The notes under the pieces are model-generated. The model did no database searches. It was not told where the DNA came from and worked only from the letters and a program-made list of their open reading frames with translations. 64,000 bases of DNA from Hamiltosporidium tvaerminnensis FI-OER-3-3 (lineage: Eukaryota > Fungi > Microsporidia), in NCBI GenBank assembly GCA_022605425.2, contig JAKIMF020000007.1, positions 496,001 through 560,000 on the forward strand, read 5' to 3'. The translations under genes were made by a program, and so were the position numbers. The stretch's first letter is position 1. Every line of letters begins with the position of its first letter. Shown piece by piece: positions 28,100 through 41,656 of this stretch.

Positions 28100-28990
28100 A
28101 AATGTAATATGGTTTATAGTTTATAAAAATTACAAATAATGATTTTAACATAGTTATTACCAGCAGAAAGCATTTGATGTTGTTATGTTCCGCCCTGGAT
28201 TATAACCTACAAAATAATATCTTTTTGTGGTTTATATTATAATTTTTCATTTATGGCCATGAATTCTATGATATTTTAAACCGTTAGAATTTTTATAACT
28301 CTTATTACAATCTGGAAAACCACACTTATACTTTTTGGCAATTTGAAAAAGTGGATGGCCATATTTGAGATGATAAACCAGACCATTTTAATTTTTATAA
28401 CTTTTATTACAATATAGATGATTGCATTCAAACCTTTTTCGATTTTCTTTAAATCCTAGTTCATTGTTTAATACATTGGATTCTTTTGATATTTGTGCAT
28501 CATTTTTATCTATACAGAAAAATGAAATTATAAAGGCATTATTTTCTACTGTATTTCCTTGTTTTATTATCTCGTGTGTAAAATAATTGTTTTGAATACT
28601 TGAATTATAGGATTCCAGGGAAAATTCAGGTTTTTCAGAAAGTATACTTAATTTTCTTACGGGATTTCTATCATTAAAACAAACCTGTCTTTCTATTCTA
28701 AATAAAATATATTCTGTTTCTCATTGGCTTTCTGTCATAATTTCATGTGTTTTTAAATATCTTGCTCTGTTCTTCAAAAATTGATATCGCTTTGTTCTAA
28801 AAAATCTATTATCTCCTACCGTTACTTTCGCCTTTTCCCAATCTATTGATAAAAAAGGATTCATACCAAAACTCATAAAAATAAAAGGATTCATATATTT
28901 ATAAATACAAATTTTTGAATCAAAAAAATTCATTTGACATTCAATTTTGTTATATAAATTTTCTCATCCAAATATAAATCTCAGCATGGT
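28100..28990 (-). pseudogene. Interrupted hypothetical gene, partly duplicated at 63555-64000 (+)
   Basis: 70-aa ORF 28721-28933 with coding-like flanks broken by stops and frameshifts. Confidence 0.2.
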
Positions 28991-29929
28991 TTAAAATAGT
29001 AAAAAATACAAAATATTTTTATTGTTTAAATTACTTTTCTAATTTTGGAGTTTTTAATTTGAAATTTATAAAAAGTTTAAAGTTGAACTGATTAAATTCT
29101 AACGAAACATTAAAAAAGTAAGTATTATAGATTTAATTTTTTTTTGGAAGTAAAAATTTGTATTTAAAATAAATTATTGTGCTTTATTGTAGGTTAAATT
29201 TAAATTATGAAATATTGAATAAAAATAACCTGATATCTTCTATTTTTAATAGTTCCTTTTTTCTAAAAATCTTAATTACATAGAGATTCTCAACGTATTT
29301 ATATTTAAAAATCATTTTTTTCTAAATTTCTTACAGAATATTTTTTACGAATTTATTATTGCTTGAATAGACTTGTTAATTCAATTTATACGCGTTTTTA
29401 AAAAAAGATTTACTATGTTTTTGCTGTAAATCTCAATTAATTTTAATATAATTTCGTAACTTTTATCCCAAATATTCGATAGTTAATTAATTTCGAGTAA
29501 ACATATATATTTATACTATAGAAATTTTTAGTTCAGATAGTTTAATCAACCCTTTAAGTGTTTCCAAATTATTTAGTCTTTGATTCAAATAAAAATTTTT
29601 CTTGAAAATATTTATAAAAAGATTTTTGTAAGAAAATCATTTCAATTTTGATAAGCTTAGCCATAAGAAAATGCTGTGGTACTAAAAGTTTACAATTTAC
29701 TTTTTATTCAATTATTTATGGAATATATTAATCTTAAAAGTAATATTGTTAATAATACAAGATTGTAATTCATATATTTTATAACTTTGATTAAAAGGTC
29801 TGAAACAAAGTTTTGTTATAAATATTAATAGATTGGAAATTAAAATCCGTTCGTTATAAAATTGTACTTTTAATATTCTTGGTATATCAATTATAATTTC
29901 AAATAATTTAATACATTTTAAATTTTAAA

Positions 29930-30124
29930 TTACTACTACTAATTCGCGCTACGGCTCCTATAGAGCCCGAGCTTCTTTAGTGATTTTTCTAATTTATATT
30001 ATTTCGTTTTGGTTTTGTAACAATGTGGTTTTGTGAGATAGAAATGCTTGCCTTAGGCTCAACTCTCCTTCTTTATCCGGGCTTAGGAACTGCAGATTAG
30101 CACTCTTCGTATCTCAAGCGGAGC
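29930..30124 (-). mobile_element. RTE-tailed SINE-like element with a twister-ribozyme-like head (left-arm copy)
   Basis: 14-bp TSD TTTTAAATTTTAAA (29916-29929, 30125-30138), (TAG)n tail; mirror of 62418-62611. Confidence 0.8.
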
Positions 30125-30681
30125 TTTTAAATTTTAAACGGTAAATTTAATTGATTTAAACAAAATGATTCGTTCAGATTCTTAATTCATATTTGAATAC
30201 ATTTTTGAATTTGTTAAACATTGGTTATTTGATATTTTATATTTGCAAATATATGTTTCAATCTTTTTTTCATTTAAGAAAAATAAATTTAAATTTGATA
30301 TTTATAGGCAATCATATCTTATATAATCAAACCAATGAGATATTTATATTTTACTTCGTTTTTTAAGCAAAATTTAAAGTTTTGAAATCTATAGATTTAT
30401 TGTGTCCAATGAAATATATTGCTTGATATATGATATTATCAATATAATAACCAATTGAATTTATAGGTTATTAATTTATCATATAGTTTCATATTTACTA
30501 TTTTAATTTCTAAGAAAGTAAATTTCAGTTAAGGTTTTTGGCAACTGTAAATCTCACAGATTAACTTCTAATTTAATTTATACATGAATTTTTTATACTT
30601 AAGTCAAAGGATATAAATCTATAAACGAATCCGAAAAAAGACAATATTATTTTAAAGGCAAAGCTTACTTGTGTTATTATA

Positions 30682-33600
30682 TGTATCGTCCATAATGCCC
30701 CCCATGTCGTTAGTGTCCCTCGTTATTTCTAATATACCCCCTTTATTTTCAAATTGTTTATAACCTCCCATATTTTCTATTCATTCATCTTTAACGTCTC
30801 TGAATTAAAATATGAGGTATTTTGTTTTAAAATTTAATAGGGCTAAAGTGAAAATAAATGTTTATATACTTTTAATTTTAGTTTTCGAAAATTTTTATCG
30901 TAATAAATTTTAAAAATAAAACATTTCCTTCTATCTTAACATTTATTATTTTAAAATAATACATATTTAAAAAAAAAAAGAAGAATAACAAAGAAAAATT
31001 CAATCCGCTTTATTACGTCTCTCCAAACAATTATTTTTTCACCATTAATGTTTTCTAATTCTACCATATTAATACTAAAAATATTTGTTACTGTAAAGAC
31101 AGAATCATCATAAAAAAATAACGGTGAGCGTTTCGTCTTTGTATTCATGTCAAAATACTTTTTTAAAAAACCTTATAACCAACTAGAAGATTTCTTATTG
31201 GTTTATTTGAATCTTAAATTTCTATGATTCTTTTTTATTATTTTTCAGAAATTTTACTTATGTCTATATCATTTTCTATATTCTTATCAATTTCAGAAGC
31301 AGTAGTTGTTGAAGAGTAAGCAAGATATAGAGCCTCATTTAATTCATTATTATTTCAAAGGAAATATCTAAATTTGACTGTGTATATTCTGGATCATGTT
31401 TTCTTGATGTTAATGCCTCGGAACTAATTGTGTCGACAAATACTGAATAATCTTTTAATTCCTCTGTCACTATATTACCAAAAAGAAGATTATAAATTCA
31501 AGTTGACCATTAAAATGTTGAAATGACGATTTATTTGTGGTATTATGTATTGTTCTGTTATAAAACCATATAACATCATTATAAAAACCGATCAATCTTT
31601 TTTTACCAGTAACATATAACTTTTTTTCGCTAACTATCTTTTAATTTTGATTCATCCGTTCAATTTTTCCCCGGGCCTTTTATTATGTGATCTTCCACAT
31701 ATAATTTGAATGTTAAGTGTAGTTAAGTATATTTATAGAAATTGATTTTAAAGTGCGTTACCATTATCGAATTGAATCGCAGCTGAGTTACAAAAATTAT
31801 AATAGAAATTTATATAAATCTTATACGTACTATGAAGTCTTTTTTATCGTCTTACATCACCGGAAATCGTTGTATAAGTGTCGATTACATTTTTAGTCCA
31901 ATAATCCTATGATTTTGATCAGCGTATCTTGTAAGATCTACACAATTAATCATGACTAAATTATACTCCCTCTGTCCGGAAATATGGTATACATTTTAGC
32001 GATTTTTTTGTCCGGAAATATGGTATACATTTGCGAAAAAAATAAAATAAAATAAAAAAGGTAAGGACAAGTTTATTATATTACCTTTATTTCGAACATT
32101 AAATAAATATTAATGTAAATATTAAATAACGATTTAAAAAAATATATATTAAAATTAATAATTCACTCAAAATTTGATTTGGCTTTAACGTATTCTTCTT
32201 TGGAACATACATATTTTTCTAGCAGTCGACCTTCGCGACGAAGTTTTACTTTACTTAAATGAGGTATTTTATAACCATTTCCACCATCTGCTAGCATAAT
32301 TGACTCCATACATGCTTGCAATGTTGTAAAAACGTTATCGAGAGTATTCGCTTCTAATTGATGAAATGTATCTTGAACAAGATTTATTAATTCGTCAATT
32401 GTGTGTGGCGATGCTTGATATTGCAGCGATTGTATGGAGTTGAAAAAGCCTAAACCAAGAACATTTAAATTCGGGCTATTTGCCAGTTGCACCTTAAATT
32501 TAATATTCCAGTCATCAGCAGAACCAAGAGCGACAACATCTGTATCATTATGAGAAAAATAGGGTTTTGCATTGTTTTGTTGTACGTAAATTGTTTTCTT
32601 TTTGTATGCTTGCGGAAATTTAGATTTAATTACGGAAATACACTATCAATGATCATGTTTTTGCAATGACTGCTGTAACAGATTCCACATTTTTTTTATC
32701 ATTGTTCTTTAGCCCTATTCTTAGAATTTTTTTGAGCTGGTTCTTGATAAACAAATAGCCATATTCCAATTTTCCCATCAAAAAAAAGCTTTCGATGTGC
32801 ATCATAGCGTGGTCGAGCTACTGCAGCCATGAACATTATTTTCGTAATAAATGGCTTACTTTTGCAGTTTCTCTCCGGTTTTTCTTCGTTTAACATTAAG
32901 TAATAAGAGCGCTTAACTTTAGTTAGATAAAACCACTTTTCATCAATGTGAACGTAGTCGTACAAATCATCAAAAAGCAAATCTCCATTATTAGCAAGAT
33001 TTACTTTATACAAGCAAAATTTCAATCTGTCCATTTTATTTTTATCTGTTAAAGTTGGTTTAACTGTAGAAGATATTTTCTTCATATACTTTCCCGACTT
33101 GAATATATCAAACAAAGTTTATTTTGGAATATCAATTGCAAAGGAAAGACTTGTGAGCGTTCCTCGACGATTTAATAGTGTTTTCTTATTTGCGCTAAAT
33201 TGTTCGAATATTCTTTAGGTTTTCTTCCGCATCTTTTTTTCTTTTTTGAAGAAACATCGGCACATATCTTGCCTTTTTTGTATTGAGTTTATGCTGCATG
33301 CCAAATTCTGCTAACAGTTAGCCGGGAAACTTGAAAGGCAGAAGAAACTTAGTTGATCGCACCGTGTTTTAACTATTATACTTCATCTGCTGTAATAATT
33401 TTTTTAAAATACCTTGACGTTGTTCTTTAGTTAACTGTTTATATTTTGAATCTCTTCTTTCTAAATTTAACAAATTTCCTTCCAAATTTTCCATATTCGT
33501 TTTGCAGCGGTACTAATTTTTTTTACCTTAAGAAACACTGATGTTTGAGCGGTAACTTTTTAACTAAGAATGATATTAATAATGTCAAAAATTTTAGGTT

Positions 33601-34080
33601 ATATTGTTATGAATATTTACTATGACAATCTCATGACGGTTGCCTATTTATTTTTTATATTCACAATAATCTACGGTTTTTTTAAAAATGTATACCATAT
33701 TTCCGGACAGAGGGAGTATTATTTTTGTAACTTTATTCATTGGTAAAGTCATTTACTCTGAAATTCGTTTACTTATAACATGTCATTGCTTTTAAAACAT
33801 TTATTCAGTCTATAATATCAAACAACAGCAAGATGAAAAACTTTGCATTGAGATTATTTGAATGTGTATTGCCTGTTAATCGTTTATGTTCAAAGACTAT
33901 AATCCGGCCATATAAATAAACAAATATTATAGGAGCAAAAGAAGCTGGAGGAAATACGAAATAACTCGGAAATTATAGGATAGAAATATAATGAAAAAAA
34001 AGATATATCTATTATAAATAAAGGGTGTTATTAATATTTAAAATTGCATTAGAAATAACGGGGCACTAAGGATCGTGACA
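30682..34080 (-). mobile_element. Ginger-like integrase element interrupted by a mariner
   Basis: Ends TGTATCGTCC...CGTTATTTCTAAT and reverse-complement TGTCACGATCC...CGTTATTTCTAAT. DMNTKTKR.P...FYDDSVFTV matches 6601-6665. Integrase is broken. Confidence 0.75.
31966..33716 (-). mobile_element. Tc1/mariner DD39D-type (plant-mariner-like) transposon, inactive
   Basis: Perfect ~32-bp TIR CTCCCTCTGTCCGGAAATATGGTATACATTTT, TA TSD, 1751 bp. Motifs VHIDEKWFY, KIMFMAAVARPR, FDGKIGIW, QQNNAKP, NSPNLNVLGLGFF. Frameshifted. Confidence 0.95.
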
Positions 34081-34599
34081 TTTTATCTACTATTAATGAA
34101 AAAAAATATTTCGTAAATTTTAATTAAACAAAACCTAAGCATAGAAATGATTTAAAATGTAAAATTAATATTAAAAAAAATATCGAAGTTATCTATTGAT
34201 ATTTCCAATGTACAATCAAAAAATTATTTCGAAAGTCATAAATATACAATTAAAGAAATATTTTGTCCCAAATAAATATTCTGTCAATTTTAAGATAATT
34301 CAATGATAAATTGTTGAACTGAACCCATTTCAGAACCAAATTAAATAGAAAACAAAATTAAATTTTTAATAGATGAATTTTTTTATCACTGAACTTTTTT
34401 ATATTGGGGGTTTCAGTTTTTTTTGTTTATATTCATATTTTGGAAGGAAAACTATATTGTGTTTTGAAAGGATAAAATTTTGTCAAAACCAAACTGATAT
34501 AATAAATATGTATAAAATAAAGAAGGGCAAATGTTCCCAAATTTATCTTTCAAATTCAATTACAAATTTAGCTTAAAATATGTGCTTATAAAATTAATA

Positions 34600-35210
34600 T
34601 TTTTTTACCAGTCTCACCTGGATTTCGAGGCAAATATGGCTTGTATGAAAAATGATGCGTATGTACACTTTATTCGTTTAAAATTTAATCCCAATGTGTG
34701 GTACAATTTATCAACGTTTTACAGCAATCAAAAGGTGAATAAAAGTAAAATGGTTTGCTTTTATAAGGAGAACTTTGGAAAGTTATTTATAGATGTGGAA
34801 AAGATATATTTTTACTAAAATTCGAGACAACCAGAAATTTTTTTGCAAAAATCGTTTAAGAAGTATCATTATGATAAATAATTTTATATTGGCTACAAAA
34901 TGAATTATTAACAGCTCATTTCTATTTTTAAATCGTTTTTATCTCCAGAAGTGGTATTTTAAATGCTTTTATTTTTCATTTTATAGCTTAATGATCGTTT
35001 TTTCACTTTTTTTTGTTTTTGCAATAATGTGCATTTCTTAATATAAGAAAAAAAATTAGAAATTACAAGAAAATGGTTTAAAAGAAGAAATGGTCGAACA
35101 AAAGAATTTAGATGTATTAAATTGAGTCAAATATCATTTTTAGAGTTTCAAAGTCAAAAAAAATGTGGTAGTGGAATGGGTAATTGTTGTGGCATGTGTT
35201 TGACATAAAT
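34600..35210 (+). mobile_element. 3' remnant of the element family at 8100-9920 (mirror at ~57335-57945)
   Basis: CAAAAATCGTTTAAGAAGTATCATTATGATAAA resembles 9410-9445, and GTGGAATGGGTAATTGTTGTGG resembles 9719-9742. Confidence 0.55.
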
Positions 35211-35743
35211 TAAAAGCAGAATTTGAATGGTTATCGAAATTGTTTTGCTAGTACGGTATTGCTTAGAAATAGGCTACTCTCTGTGTTTTTATAATGTCTC
35301 GATTTTTTACATTAAAATTTAAATAATAAAACCCGCCTTATATTTAAATTAATACGAATTTTATTGTAATTTAAAGATCCAAAAGATAAAATCTATGGTT
35401 TCTTTATCCATACAAATGAAGCGTTTTAAAGTTTTTTTTTATTGTTCCATATTTTGAAGTAAGTGTAAACAAAAAATACTAGAATATAACTAAATACTCA
35501 AAATTAATTAATAAATTCATATTCAAAAGTGATTTTTTATACTTTTATAAAAAGAAGTACCAATAAAACAATTAGAATATAATTTTATTGTCGTATTTTA
35601 AGTCAGATTTGAAAACATTGTTAAACAATTTTATGATTTTTTTTCCAATTTATAAATATTTTTTATTTTTTTAATCTTCTAAAAAAGATGAATATTTCTA
35701 ACGGTTTTAAAAAATCATAAATGTAACTTAGCCCTTTGCTACC

Positions 35744-36514
35744 ATGGGTCAAGCTGTTTTTGTAATGGGACCAGCTGGTTCCGGTAAAACAACATTTTGC
35801 AAGAAACTATACGAACATGGTATTGCGATACATAGAAGTTTCCATTTAATAAATCTTGATCCTGCTCAAATACAAGAAAATACAGTATATTCTGTTGATT
35901 TACGAGATTTTGTGACTGTAGAAGATATAATGGAAAATTATGACTTCGGACCAAATGGTGGTCTGATTGTTGCACTTGAAGAACTATATGATAACATAGA
36001 TGAGTTAGATTTAGAGTCGTTATCAAGTGACTTTTTGATTGTGGACTGTCCTGGTCAGATTGAACTCTTTACACATTCAGATACATTTAAGAATATCGTA
36101 GAACATTTTAAAAAATATTTTACTTGTTGTATTGTATATTTAATTGAGGCTCAGTTTGTATCAGATCCTACAAAATTTATAAGTGGATGTTTTGTAGCTT
36201 TACTATCAATGTGTAGATTTTCATTACCACATTTGAATATAATAAGTAAGTTAGACCAACTCGAAATTTCAAGAGAAATATTAGAAGAATTTTGTCAACT
36301 TAGTGAGAGTATCAAAGATCATATTCAGAAAAAAAAAGGAGAATATAACCAGTTGTGTCTTAAAATGTATGATTTTATTGTAGAAAATAATTTGGTTTCT
36401 TTTTTAGAATTAAATTACGATGAAGAAAATACATTTGATACAATTTTATATTCCATAGATGAGGCTGTTCAATATTTTGATGATGTTGAACCAAAGGATC
36501 ATTCTTATAATTAA
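35744..36514 (+). CDS. GPN3: GPN-loop GTPase (GPN3-like), copy 1
   Basis: P-loop GPAGSGKTT, NLDPA, GPNGGL loop and DCPGQIELFTH. GPAG and GQIEL favour GPN3 over GPN2. Confidence 0.85.
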   Translation: MGQAVFVMGPAGSGKTTFCKKLYEHGIAIHRSFHLINLDPAQIQENTVYSVDLRDFVTVEDIMENYDFGPNGGLIVALEELYDNIDELDLESLSSDFLIVDCPGQIELFTHSDTFKNIVEHFKKYFTCCIVYLIEAQFVSDPTKFISGCFVALLSMCRFSLPHLNIISKLDQLEISREILEEFCQLSESIKDHIQKKKGEYNQLCLKMYDFIVENNLVSFLELNYDEENTFDTILYSIDEAVQYFDDVEPKDHSYN

Positions 36515-36979
36515 GGTATTTATTTCTTCTCTCAAATTCTATTTTTCCAATAATAATATTATTTGTTTGGAATTCTTTTTTAGTAAAAATATTCCATATC
36601 TATTTTAATTTTTCCCATTTGAACATATTTCATATCTATTTTAATTTTTCTCTTTTTTTATTCAAAGATATATTCTAATGTATCATAAATATTGTTCTTC
36701 GTTCACAATATATTTAATGTTAATTATTTAATTATTTCTGTAAAAAATCGAATCACTTTTCTATCTTAACTAAAATACTTATTGAGGGTTTTTAAACAAT
36801 AATAATGTTTTTTCATTGTTTTCAGACTAGGAGTTTATGTATTTGATATTATCGAAGATGCTTCCAAGAAAAACTTTTCGGCTTTTCTTACATTGTCTGC
36901 TCAAATCTTTAGGGTTTTTTTTAGTTGTTTGTATAAATTTTTGTTTTAAATATTTTATAAATATTCCTTAGTACCATAT

Positions 36980-37383
36980 GTTAAAAGACTAGAAATACCC
37001 ATGAATGTAGAGCCATACATTCAGTCTATAGTACTTAAGAAGACGGTCGAAACAATTTCCTTTGATACACGAAGAGGACTTGAGTCAGGACTAAATGCCG
37101 AAGAGACGGGAGAGAGCGTCAACGGGTGTTATTATGAGAGCAGGGATGTATGAGGAACCAAAATCCCCTTTAAAAGAAGTGAAGAGAGATGAATATGGTA
37201 TTAAAACAGAAAATCGGAAAAACAACACATCTCTTATTTCATTAAGAGGAACCACATTTGAGAAACCGACGAAAAAGACACGCAGAGTCGGATTTAGAAG
37301 AAGAAACGATAGTGGTAAAAGAGGTAGAAGAAAACATATAAAAATGGTAAAAATATTTTAACCCAGAATTTTATTAAATAAAT
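36980..37383 (+). mobile_element. 5'-truncated 3' fragment of the RLE non-LTR element
   Basis: Aligns with 41010-41414 and has the same terminus AACCCAGAATTTTATTAAATAAA. TSD TACCATAT (36972-36979, 37384-37391). Confidence 0.85.
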
Positions 37384-37449
37384 TACCATATTTAGTCATC
37401 TATTTAAAATTTTACTGCTGCACGCCAAATTTATAACATATACCCCCTC

Positions 37450-39000
37450 CTTTAATCGCTCATATTTCTGATATGATATTTTTTGCGTAATATTGTATCC
37501 AGCAGTTTAATACGTGTTTCTTAACTTTTTATGTGATTCGAACTTCTTTAACACTGAAAATAGGTCTCCTTACATAAATAAAAGAGCTTCGTATTTTTTG
37601 TGATTTAAGAAAAAAATACATTTTTTGCAAATTGATTTTCATGTAAAAAAATTACATTTTATATAACACATATAACAATATTGTTTTTATTCATGAAACG
37701 ATAGTTGTTGCTTATTTATTATAGAATTTGTTGAAAAAGGCTCTTTTTTGAAAGAGATACCATAAATCAATAATTGCTTATAGCCATTTCTTGCATTGCG
37801 GTTATATTCAAAGTTATGCCCCCCATCGAATACATTAGCAGGTAGTAGCAATTGTAGGTGTAACTAAAATAATTTTTTTGTCGACTGTCGCAAACTTTCT
37901 AACTGGATAAACAAGAATTTTTGTAATTCCAATTATTCTAATTGCTTCCGAACATTTCACTGTCATGCATTCTAATATGAATGACTTTTTTATACTTATC
38001 CTTCACCGAATTTAGGTTATAAAGAAATGGATTCAATGTCTATCTTTGCGTTTTGGTAATATTTCGTAGAAAAATATTCATTGAATGATTTACTCAAAAA
38101 GTTTAAGCGCACTGCATGTCAAGTCTAAAGTTTTTTTTTGATTTATCACAACAATTCAATCTAACAAGGAAAAGTTTACGAAATTCGCAATTTCGACTTG
38201 GCTTCAGAAATTTCTAGATTTCCAATAAATTTATATGGTTTTTCAATGGCTATTATATTTAAAAAAATCCCAGCAGATATCTTTGTTTCATTCGAACCGT
38301 CTGATATATAGGCTAAATAAATTAATCTCAAAACAACATTTTACGCTCAAAATTTTTTAATAAATGGCAATTTCCCTAGTCAGTAACTGAATTATAGTTT
38401 CCCAATTTAAAAACTCTGCTAAACATGCGTCTTTTTGAACGTGATCGTAGTTCGGGTGATATAAAAGCATAGTATGGGCGGTGACGAATTCATCACACGA
38501 GAAAAATAAAGTTCGATAGTAAGAAGCTCGTTCACATGTATATTTTGCTACATTTATTGATATAATTAGGTTTCGTTTTTAATTTTTTGGCAAATTTTCT
38601 AGGCAAATACATGACGATGTAACATGCAATATGTTATTTTAACTTGTGTTAATTTCCTTTCATGTGTATAAAAACCTCCAATGTTTTTGCCAAACATTTC
38701 CGAGGCCGCATAAGTGAATATATAGACACTTACATGGAATGGTAATTGATATTTTTAAAAAACAAGTGATCAAAAACATCAATTACTCTTGAATTTAACT
38801 CATTTGGCTCACAAAGTAGAAGTTTCATTATAAATTTATTTTTCTTTACATATCAGACAATGCTGTAAGCTTGCTTAAATATACAACATTAGCTGCTGAC
38901 TCATAAAATTGTACACTTGTTTGTCTAAGACTGACTTTAATCTCTTCTATTATCTGCAAGCGGATATCCTTAAAGAGATCTCGAGTTAAAATCGAATTAT
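37450..39000 (-). mobile_element. Possible Merlin/ISXO2-like transposase remnants (perhaps two copies)
   Basis: Eroded minus-strand fragments resemble W.FG.I, I.SD.W.AY and YL.EF..R patterns. No intact ORF or TIR found. Confidence 0.3.
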
Positions 39001-40625
39001 ATCGTGCGATAACGGAATCTGCTTGTGTATATTATGTGCTTCGAAAATAGACACTAGTTGTGGTATTATTAATAAGTAAAGTTCTATTAAGGCATTGGCA
39101 ATCATGTGAGTCTTTTCACTTTTACGCACAAATATGTCACTTGATAAGACGCTCTACCGAGAGATTTTGTATTTCTACAACATAATTTGGAGATAATACC
39201 ACCGAAATAATTTAGAGCCCTTTTTGACTTCAAGAAGTTCATGCTATTTGTATCTTCACACCCATGCATATTGTTAAAATGTCTTAAAAACTTTGATGGG
39301 TTGTGAGTGCGTTTTAAAAATATATTGAACAGAAGATACATTGAGTTGTTGTCTAACATATTTTTTGGTTCTACATATGAATTTATAAGCAGTATATATA
39401 TCGTTTATTAGCGTTTTTTACATAGTTGGGTTCTCTATAATCAATTAAATAATTTAAGAATAACAAAAAAACATACATAATATTACTTAAAATTAATCAG
39501 AAAATTAATTGGGTTTGTACTATCAATATCTTCGATCCAAGTCAAAGCTAAATTAAGAATGTATAAATTGGTAATTGATGTTCACAATGGATGTATAAAT
39601 GCGTACATGTATTTGCCGTAAAGAGTTTTCTCAACACAGCTGAAAATACACAATAGTAGAGATATAGAAAGAAAAGGAGTGAGAAAGTTTTCGTGTTTAG
39701 TAATGTTCGGCTTGTTTTGCGTAATGCACCCGAGTAACATTGAGCACAATTGTCTATCAGTGTTTCGATTATCTTAAAGATAACAACAAAATATTATATT
39801 GGTATGTTTTTTTAAGCTTTCGCATATTCGTATTATGTTGCAAAAAAATGACCAAATTTTTGATAAGCTTACTCTTCATTATTAGCCTCTAATACAGCCC
39901 AGGGTTTTGGGCACCTTCAGTCAAGAATCACACATTTAATGAAAAATTTCCCTTCCCAATTTTCATTCTTTTAACAAAAGAACAGCGAACTATATTTTAC
40001 AATCATTTTTATTCTTGTCAAAAAAATTATTTTTCAATTTAAGTTATTTTTGACTGAAGAATACAGTATAGATTTTTAAATATATAAAATATTAGAATCC
40101 TATTGCCAAATAACTCCTTAAAAGAAAATAAATAGTAAATAACATCTCATATAATCCAAACCTATGAATTTTAAAATTATTTTTATATTTCTCTGTTCAA
40201 TGCACTATAACTACCTATATTTATCCTATCTTTTCGAACACTATCAAAATATAATGAAAATCATTAAAACCAGACACATTTCCTTTTTCACAAATCAATT
40301 TTACTTTTAATATCACCATTCTCATTAATACAAGTTTATTAAATATAGTATATTAAATTAACAAAGTTCTTCTCATTATAAATAACCAGTTGTTGTAACC
40401 TCGTAGAAATAAAAACAATTTTACATCTAACAAAAGAACAAAACAAAACCCAAAGAAATGATTAATCTTCCAAAGGCACCACAACCCAATAATTTTTAAA
40501 TGCATCTAACTAAACTTTTATAACATCACCTCACCTGATATGCTCCTTTAAATTTTTTTACGCCTTCATATCAGCCTTTAACCCCCTTTTGACTTATTAA
40601 TATTTAAAAATTTAAATATTATATG

Positions 40626-41414
40626 ACAATGAAGTGGTACGATGTATACATTTGCTCTTGTTGAATAAATATAAATTCAAGTCTTCAAAACGAATCAGAA
40701 GCCACTCAGTTCAAGAAATTCTTGATAATGAGTATGCAGAGATAAGAGTGGACACCAGAATAAAAACTGATGTCAAAATTCGAAATAATAGGCCAGATAT
40801 ATTCGTTTTAGACAAGAGACGAAATAAGATTACCCTCATTGAAGTAGGAATCACCTCCCAAGACTCACTTCAAATAGTTGAAACAGAGAAACTTAGGAAG
40901 TATGACCTATTAGCAAATGAGCTGGGCCTTATTTACAAATGTAGTGTAGAGATAATTCCTTATGTGATAACATGGGACGGTATTGTGACAAAATACCATA
41001 AGACTTATCTTAAAAGATTACAAATACCCATAAATGTAGAGGCATACATTCAGTCCATAGTACTTAAGAAAACAGTCGAAATGATTTCCTTCGATCGACG
41101 AAGAGGAATTGAGTCAGGACCAAGTGCCGAAGAGAGCTGGGAGAGAGCGTCATTAAGTGTTATTATAGGAGCTGAGATGCATAAACAGCCAACACCCCCC
41201 TTAAAAGAAGTGAAGAACGAGGAAGATAGTGTTAAACAAGTAAATTCAAAAAATATTTTACCCCTTATTTTAGATGACGTAACCAGACCAGAGGAACCGA
41301 CGATAGACATTAATGATAAGTCGGATGTAGAAAAAGAGAATAAAGTGGTTAAAGTGATGGAAGAAATTAGTTAAACGAGAGAAAATTTGTTAACCCAGAA
41401 TTTTATTAAATAAA
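40626..41414 (+). mobile_element. 5'-truncated RLE (R4/Dong-like) non-LTR retrotransposon with an intact endonuclease-coding 3' end
   Basis: ORF 40634-41374 contains NNRPDIFVLDK...ITLIEVGI....EKLRKY (PD-(D/E)xK restriction-like endonuclease). 14-bp TSD TTAAATATTATATG (40612-40625, 41415-41428). Confidence 0.9.
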
Positions 41415-41656
41415 TTAAATATTATATGTAAATAACATACTACCAATCTCTGTATCATTTATTCAATAATTTTTTAATATCTTTATCTAATTAATTCCTT
41501 TTGTTTCGTTTTCGAATCTATTTCTATCTTCTTCGCTTTTATTCTATTTAAACTTCTATAACATTTTCATTCTCTAAAAAAAACAGTTTCCTTATATAAT
41601 ACCTATTATATCATACATATCTATTGTATCAAAATACATTTATATCACAATATCAT

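Larger units (their letters stand above)
28544..36849 (+). repeat. Left arm of a large inverted duplication (may extend further left)
   Basis: Reverse complement of 55694-64000; shared landmarks have coordinate sums of ~92540-92544. Confidence 0.97.

Noticed and set aside
37095-37361. Basic 88-aa ORF
   Set aside because: It is an out-of-frame reading of the RLE retroelement 3' fragment.
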